This document shows, in pieces, positions 58,681-64,000 of a DNA stretch of 64,000 bases (positions are counted from its first letter, which is position 1; the number at the start of each line of letters is the position of its first letter). Made by a program: the position numbers and the translations under genes. This stretch comes from Patescibacteria group bacterium (lineage in GTDB: Bacteria > Patescibacteriota > WWE3 > UBA101185 > UBA10185), in contig JAHJEV010000003.1 of NCBI GenBank assembly GCA_018825365.1, positions 387,669-451,668 on the forward strand, given 5' to 3'. The notes beneath the pieces were generated by a model. It saw only the letters and a list, made by a program, of their open reading frames with translations. It was not told the origin of the DNA and did no database searches.

Positions 58681-59453
58681 ATTTTAAAAAGTTTGCAGGT
58701 GTTCTGATATGAACATTCGCTTACCTCGTCTAAAGTTTTTTGCTTTACCTGTGCGACTTTTTCAGCCACAATTTTAACATATTTTGGGTAATTTATCTCA
58801 CCTCGAAGGCTTTGTGGAGGTAAATACGGAGCGTCTGTTTCTAAAAGAAACTTATCCATTGGAATATTTTTTACTACTTCTAAAAGCTGTTCCTTTTTCG
58901 GATATGTAATTATGTTTGTGAAAGAAATACAAAAACCAAGATCCAAAATCATTTGAGCGTAGTCCCAATCAGATGTGAAACAGTGCATCACTCCACTAAG
59001 CCCCTTTTCTGAATACTTTTTAAGAAGTGCATATACCTCCTCGTTCCCATTTCTGTTATGAATAATCACGGGAAGTTTATTTTCTAATGCAAGATTAAGA
59101 TGCATTTCGAGAAGTTCAACTTGTTTATCAAGCGTTCTCCCGTTTTCCCATAACGGCATCTCGATCCCAGTTTCACCAATAGCAACTACCCTTTTTGAAC
59201 TTTTAAGATTTTCTTCAAGGGATTTTTTAAGATCTGAAAGGGAAATTTCTATATTTTCGTGGGGGTAAATACCAACAGAACAAAATATCTTTTCTGATTT
59301 TCCAGAAGCTTCAATGGCTTTTTTATTTTCTTCTATTGAAGTTCCTACGATAATAAACTTCTCAACTCCGAATTTTTTTGCATCTTTAATAATTTCTTCG
59401 ATACTTTCCTTATATTTTTCGTGAACAAGATGACAATGGGAATCTATAAGCAT
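58677..59453 (-). CDS. tatD: TatD family nuclease
   Basis: DSHCHL, AIGETG, IHNR, HCF, LETDAPYL. Confidence 0.93.
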   Translation of the reverse strand: MLIDSHCHLVHEKYKESIEEIIKDAKKFGVEKFIIVGTSIEENKKAIEASGKSEKIFCSVGIYPHENIEISLSDLKKSLEENLKSSKRVVAIGETGIEMPLWENGRTLDKQVELLEMHLNLALENKLPVIIHNRNGNEEVYALLKKYSEKGLSGVMHCFTSDWDYAQMILDLGFCISFTNIITYPKKEQLLEVVKNIPMDKFLLETDAPYLPPQSLRGEINYPKYVKIVAEKVAQVKQKTLDEVSECSYQNTCKLFKI

Positions 59454-59588
59454 GGTAACTTAAATGATATCACGCAAGGAATTAGTACTAAAAAAGGGCA
59501 CTCCCAACAGTGTGTGGTGTAAAAAATAAAAAGCCAGGCTCTTTGCGAAAGTCTGGCTTTCTTCTTCTTACGAAGGTTTCTCATTAAG

Positions 59589-59993
59589 TTAACTGCTGTA
59601 TTTTTTGACCAACTCGGCAGCAGCTTTTTCTAGCTCAGGCGTTACCGGTGTGCCAAGTGCGGATTGATGCCACGTTTTGCTACGGTGGTACTCACACATT
59701 TCCTCATGTTTTTGCATTCTTTCGCGAACAACCTCTGGAAGATCATTCGAACTGGGACCGGCTATTACCAGCAACGAGTACTCTTCGCAACTTACCCCAA
59801 TGTCAATTTGTAGTTTGGGTAGATGTTGCAGGTCGCGGTTTCGAAGAGCAGTGGCTAATTTGAACTCGTCGCTAGATCGAAACGCCACTTGCTCATCTAG
59901 GGTCAAGTCTCGCATCATTTCCTCGTGCGTTTGACCACGTTCCTCGGGCGTGTGATCGCAAGACCACCTTCCACATACAGGACATAAAGACAT
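59589..59993 (-). CDS. Hypothetical protein with Cys/His zinc-binding-like motifs (start revised)
   Basis: AAGGAGG SD before MSLCPVCGRWSCDH; second C...H..MCEYH motif; hairpin at 59530-59560. Confidence 0.6.
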   Translation of the reverse strand: MSLCPVCGRWSCDHTPEERGQTHEEMMRDLTLDEQVAFRSSDEFKLATALRNRDLQHLPKLQIDIGVSCEEYSLLVIAGPSSNDLPEVVRERMQKHEEMCEYHRSKTWHQSALGTPVTPELEKAAAELVKKYSS

Positions 59994-60070
59994 CACTACC
60001 TCCTTTTCTGGTTTGATGGGTTGATTGTACAACAAGATTTGCGAGGGTGCAAACACTACAGGTTTATAAG

Positions 60071-61960
60071 TTATTTTATCAGATCTTTAAACTCATCCCC
60101 ATCAATTGTCTCTTTTTCAAGTAATTTCTCAGAAATCTTATCCAAAGCGGCTCTTTTTTCATTTAAAATCCTCTTTGCTTCGGCAAAGCAACCACTCATT
60201 ATTTTTTCTATCTGAGCATCAATTTTTGCGGACATATCATCGCTTAGTTGCGCACTTGCTCCAAACTCTTTGGCAAGCCAAGAAAACTCACTCTTTGATT
60301 CGTAATAAATAGGGCCAAGTGAGCTCATTCCATATTCTGCAACCATTTTTCTGGCAAGCTCTGTCGCTCTTCTGATGTCATCTGCTGCTCCGATAGTCAT
60401 TTCGTTAAAAACAATTTCTTCAGCAGCCCTTCCCCCAAGCATTGTAGTTATAAACGAAATTATTCTTGTCTTAGTCTCCTGATATCTATCCCTCTCCGGA
60501 GGAAGATCGGTGTGGCCTAAAGTCTGACCTCTGGCCACAATGGAAACTCTTTGAACGGCATCCATATCTTTAACATTTGCGGCAACCAAAGCATGCCCAG
60601 CTTCGTGGTACGCGGTCATTCTTTTTTCCTCTTCAGATTGAAGTGTTTTTCTTTCCGAACCTATGGTGACTTTAAGTGCGGCCTCTTCGAGATCAGCCTC
60701 GGTCAAGCTGTCTCTGCCTTCCCTTGCCGTAAGAATCGCTGCTTCATTCAGCATGTTTTCTATATCAGCGCCGCTAAACCCAACAGTTTTTCTGGCAATC
60801 TTTTCAACTGAAACGTCCTTATCAATTGGTTTACCTTTCATATGTATCTTTACAATTTCCTCCCGGTCTTTGAGATCCGGAAGGGGAATACTAATTCTTC
60901 TATCAAACCTTCCCGGTCTTATCAAAGCTGAATCCAACATATCGGGTCTGTTGGTTGCAGCAAGAACAATAACGTTGGTTCTGATATCAAACCCGTCCAT
61001 TTCAATAAGTATCTGATTTAAGGTTTGCTCTCTTTCATCATGCCCGCCGCCAATTCCCATTCCTCTTTCTCTTCCAATTGCGTCAATCTCATCGATAAAA
61101 ATTATGCTTGGCTGGTGTTCTCTTGCCATATTAAACAAATCTCTTGCTCTTGAGGATCCAACCCCAACAAGCATTTCCATAAATTCACTTCCCGCAACAC
61201 TGAAAAACGGGACTCCTGCCTCACCGGCTATTGCTCTTGCTAGCAAGGTCTTTCCCACACCAGAAGGTCCAACTAACAAAACGCCTTTAGGAATTCTTGC
61301 CCCAAGCTTTCGATATTTATCAGGAAACTTCAAGAAATCCACAACTTCCATCATTTCTCTTTTTGCCTCTACACATCCGGCAACATCGTTGAAAGTTACT
61401 TTCTGCTGACCTTTCATAAAAACCTTAGCACGCGATTTTCCAAAAGACATTATTTCCCCACCTTGGCCTCTCATTTGTTTGACCAGGAAAAACAATATTA
61501 ATAGTGGAAACCCAAACATAAGTATAGGTGAAAGAACATCCATGAAAGCAACTTTGTGAACTATCTCAAGTTTCCCAGCAATCTTGCTTCTGTCCACGCT
61601 ATTGTTGCTTAATATTTGATCAAAGCTGATGTCACTCTCTTTTTTGGCAAAGACTTTGGTTCCGTCCCTCATTAAAATGTCGATCCTGTCTCCGTTGACA
61701 GTGACATCCTGAACCTTACTCTCATTTATAAGGGTTACGAATTTGTTAATTGGAATTTCCTCACTGGTTAAATTTACATTTCCAAAAGAACTGGTAAGAA
61801 AATACATTGCTACTGCCAAAAAGACATAAAAGAAAATATTATTTAAAAGATTGGGTTTTTTAACTTGGATAACTATCTTTTTGGGCATTTTAAATCCCAG
61901 TTTATTAGAATTTTTCTTGCCGTTTTTTGTATTTTCTTTTTTATTATTTTCCTGTGCCAT
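60071..61960 (-). CDS. ftsH: ATP-dependent zinc metalloprotease FtsH
   Basis: GPSGVGKT, FIDEIDA, RPGRFDR, HEAGH. Confidence 0.97.
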   Translation of the reverse strand: MAQENNKKENTKNGKKNSNKLGFKMPKKIVIQVKKPNLLNNIFFYVFLAVAMYFLTSSFGNVNLTSEEIPINKFVTLINESKVQDVTVNGDRIDILMRDGTKVFAKKESDISFDQILSNNSVDRSKIAGKLEIVHKVAFMDVLSPILMFGFPLLILFFLVKQMRGQGGEIMSFGKSRAKVFMKGQQKVTFNDVAGCVEAKREMMEVVDFLKFPDKYRKLGARIPKGVLLVGPSGVGKTLLARAIAGEAGVPFFSVAGSEFMEMLVGVGSSRARDLFNMAREHQPSIIFIDEIDAIGRERGMGIGGGHDEREQTLNQILIEMDGFDIRTNVIVLAATNRPDMLDSALIRPGRFDRRISIPLPDLKDREEIVKIHMKGKPIDKDVSVEKIARKTVGFSGADIENMLNEAAILTAREGRDSLTEADLEEAALKVTIGSERKTLQSEEEKRMTAYHEAGHALVAANVKDMDAVQRVSIVARGQTLGHTDLPPERDRYQETKTRIISFITTMLGGRAAEEIVFNEMTIGAADDIRRATELARKMVAEYGMSSLGPIYYESKSEFSWLAKEFGASAQLSDDMSAKIDAQIEKIMSGCFAEAKRILNEKRAALDKISEKLLEKETIDGDEFKDLIK

Positions 61961-61998
61961 TAGTTTTATGAGTATACCCTAAAAAGGGGAAAACTTTC

Positions 61999-62073
61999 TG
62001 GTGCCAACGGGTGGAGTTGGACCACCGACCTAGCGCTTATGAAACGCCCGCTCTACCGCTGAGCTACGTTGGC
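61999..62073 (-). tRNA. tRNA with CAT anticodon (elongator Met, or Ile2)
   Basis: GCCAACG/CGTTGGC acceptor stem, loop TTCATAA, encoded CCA; atypical T loop TCCAACT. Confidence 0.85.
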
Positions 62074-62168
62074 ATACCAAACACAAACATTACTACAAGG
62101 GGATTATACAATATAGAAACATTTAGGAAACAGTTATAATAATTACGGCAATTACTTAAGATAAAATT

Positions 62169-63062
62169 ATGATTAACCCATCAGAAATACACACAGCACT
62201 GAACGAAAATATAGATAAGCTTAAAGATACAACAGAGGGTATTTTTATTTTAGGAGATGTGCAAACAAAAAGCTTAACACAGATCTTGAAAGAAAGCGTA
62301 GAGGATAAGCAGTTACACAGACGTGAAATCCTATCTTTTGGGCTAAGCCTTATATACAATGGATTACCAAACTCTACCAAGAAAATTTTGCAAGAACAGG
62401 CACTTGAGAAAACGCCGTTAGATATTCCAAAAATTAATGAATACCGAGTTATGGAAAGGTTGGGGTCCGGTGGAATGAATATAGTATATTTTTTCTCACC
62501 ACACGAAGGAAAATCATTTTCTGTAGGACTGAAAAGAAGAGGTTTTGATACCGAAAAAGAAGCGGGAAAATTTGCTAAAGCTCAAAAAACTGAATATGAA
62601 TATTTTAGAGACATGTACAAGGACGTCCCCAATCTGATACCAGAGGAAAACCAAGTCTTGTATAGAAATTACAAGAATGAAATATCTCTAATGTTTGTAA
62701 GAAAGTACGTTCCCGAACCGCTAAGGGATTTTTTTAAGATACCAAGAGAAGAACTTGAAAATATAATTATTAGCAATCGTGAGTTTAGAGACCAGCTACT
62801 AAAGTTTGCAACTATATCTCTGGAAAACAGTGACACTATTTTAAACGAGGAATTGGATATACTTGGGGATAAAAACCTAGCGGTAACGGGTGAGAAAGGT
62901 AAAGAAAAACTTATTCTGCTTGACCCGCATACTATACTTGCTAAGAAACCGGAAATTAGATCAAGAATAGAAAATAGGCTTAATCAATTAAAAGAAATGT
63001 TGATTGAAAGTAGCTTAAACATAACCGTACCAATCAGACTGGATCAACTAGAGAGAGTTTAG
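62169..63062 (+). CDS. Atypical protein-kinase-like fold protein
   Basis: LGSGGMNIVY, LK, E, DILGDKN and LLDPH motifs. Confidence 0.55.
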   Translation: MINPSEIHTALNENIDKLKDTTEGIFILGDVQTKSLTQILKESVEDKQLHRREILSFGLSLIYNGLPNSTKKILQEQALEKTPLDIPKINEYRVMERLGSGGMNIVYFFSPHEGKSFSVGLKRRGFDTEKEAGKFAKAQKTEYEYFRDMYKDVPNLIPEENQVLYRNYKNEISLMFVRKYVPEPLRDFFKIPREELENIIISNREFRDQLLKFATISLENSDTILNEELDILGDKNLAVTGEKGKEKLILLDPHTILAKKPEIRSRIENRLNQLKEMLIESSLNITVPIRLDQLERV

Positions 63063-63075
63063 ATTAAATAATTTT

Positions 63076-63149
63076 TGGTTGCGGGACCTGGACTCGAACC
63101 AGGACCCCCGGATTATGAGCCCGGTGAGGTGCCATTCCTCCATCCCGCG
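63076..63149 (-). tRNA. Initiator tRNA-fMet(CAT)
   Basis: CGCGGGA...TCCCGCA with C1-A72 mismatch, loop CTCATAA, encoded CCA. Confidence 0.92.
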
Positions 63150-63210
63150 TTATTGCCTTCATATTCTACCAAATTAAGGGAATATTTCAAAATAGCCTAT
63201 TAAACAAGGG

Positions 63211-63591
63211 TTAGAAAAAAAGCTTGTACCAAGCGTACCAGTTAGCATCTTTTAAACTGTTTTCTTTCTTCTCACTCCTATCCTGCGTACCCAAAACTCC
63301 GCTTGAAAATACATTTTTTCCACTATCTACAACAACATACACCTGCTCTCCCGGTTTTATCATATTCAGGTCGTTCCTGGCTTTTTCCTCAATATAAGCA
63401 TCAGTTTTTTTGTACTCTATATCGGAATTTAAATCCTCAACCTGCTTTATCATCCCTGCCACCTCTTTTTGGACGTCATCAAGCCTCTCTTTGCTCTTCA
63501 GAATATTAAAGGTAGACCTGATAAATCCCACAGATAAAGCAAAAAATAAGGCTGTTAAGAGGATGTATTTAAACTGCTTCAGTTTGGACAT
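63211..63591 (-). CDS. Septum formation initiator FtsB/DivIC (start revised)
   Basis: TM, coiled coil, YIEEKARNDLNMIKPGE. Confidence 0.85.
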   Translation of the reverse strand: MSKLKQFKYILLTALFFALSVGFIRSTFNILKSKERLDDVQKEVAGMIKQVEDLNSDIEYKKTDAYIEEKARNDLNMIKPGEQVYVVVDSGKNVFSSGVLGTQDRSEKKENSLKDANWYAWYKLFF

Positions 63592-63725
63592 TACCTTGAT
63601 AATAGGCAATATATTGACACATTTCAACCTGTTTGATACTCTACCCCATAGAAATTTGCGTTTAACCTTATTTTTGGTATAATGGCGCATGAGCAGGGGT
63701 TCTCCCCACAAGGGAAAATACTATT

Positions 63726-64000
63726 ATGAAACTAGAAATAACTCATAAAAAATTCGTAGATCAGCTTAAATCCGAAGGAAAATCGGAGGCAACTGTTGTT
63801 GCATACAACAAGGATATTGAACAAATTGTCACGTTTGTTGCAAAAGATGGTGTTTTAGATGTTGAAGATTTAAAAATCGAAAATCTTCAAGCATTCATGA
63901 ACAGCCTTGTTGAGCAAAACTACACACCAAAATCAATTTCTAGAAAAACAAATGCTGCAAGAACTTTTATTAAATACCTAACAAAAGAAGGTTACATAAA
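63726..64000 (+). CDS. XerC/XerD-like tyrosine recombinase, N-terminal part (truncated by the window edge)
   Basis: Hand translation MKLEITHKKFVDQLKSEGKSEATVVAYNKDIEQ...PKSISRKTNAARTFIKYL. Confidence 0.8.
   Translation, partial: MKLEITHKKFVDQLKSEGKSEATVVAYNKDIEQIVTFVAKDGVLDVEDLKIENLQAFMNSLVEQNYTPKSISRKTNAARTFIKYLTKEGYI

Overview
Low-GC bacterial chromosome segment whose gene content suggests a CPR/Patescibacteria (Microgenomates/WWE3-like) genome; this is an inference from a short AlaRS, MiaB lacking TRAM, truncated TsaB, a cupin PGI, a VirB4/PrgI cluster, DUF4012 and many leaderless genes. From about 13.7 kb to the end it is mostly housekeeping: dusB, uppS, tsaBE, ftsEX, mltG, RNase P RNA, miaAB, rpmH-rnpA-yidD-yidC-jag-dnaN, groESL, alaS, ftsH, four more tRNAs and the start of a Xer-like recombinase. 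The main discovery is at 1-10.2 kb. A tRNA-Gln(CTG) is followed by an integron-like array of unrelated gene cassettes. The cassettes are delimited by seven 25-bp direct repeats (RGTTCTAGACCnnnATGCTCAGCCA) plus one degenerate copy. The repeats mimic the tRNA's own 3' end, and no integrase lies in the array. One cassette carries an unannotated RiPP locus: a radical SAM/SPASM enzyme with a C-terminal RRE-like domain, a 43-aa Cys/Asp-rich precursor missing from the ORF track, and a zinc peptidase. Other notable items are a PurA paralogue with rewritten substrate loops, an NpmA/KamB-like 16S methyltransferase, a circularly permuted M23 peptidase and a pseudo-SDR::DUF4012 fusion. All family calls come from motifs recognised by eye; no searches were run.
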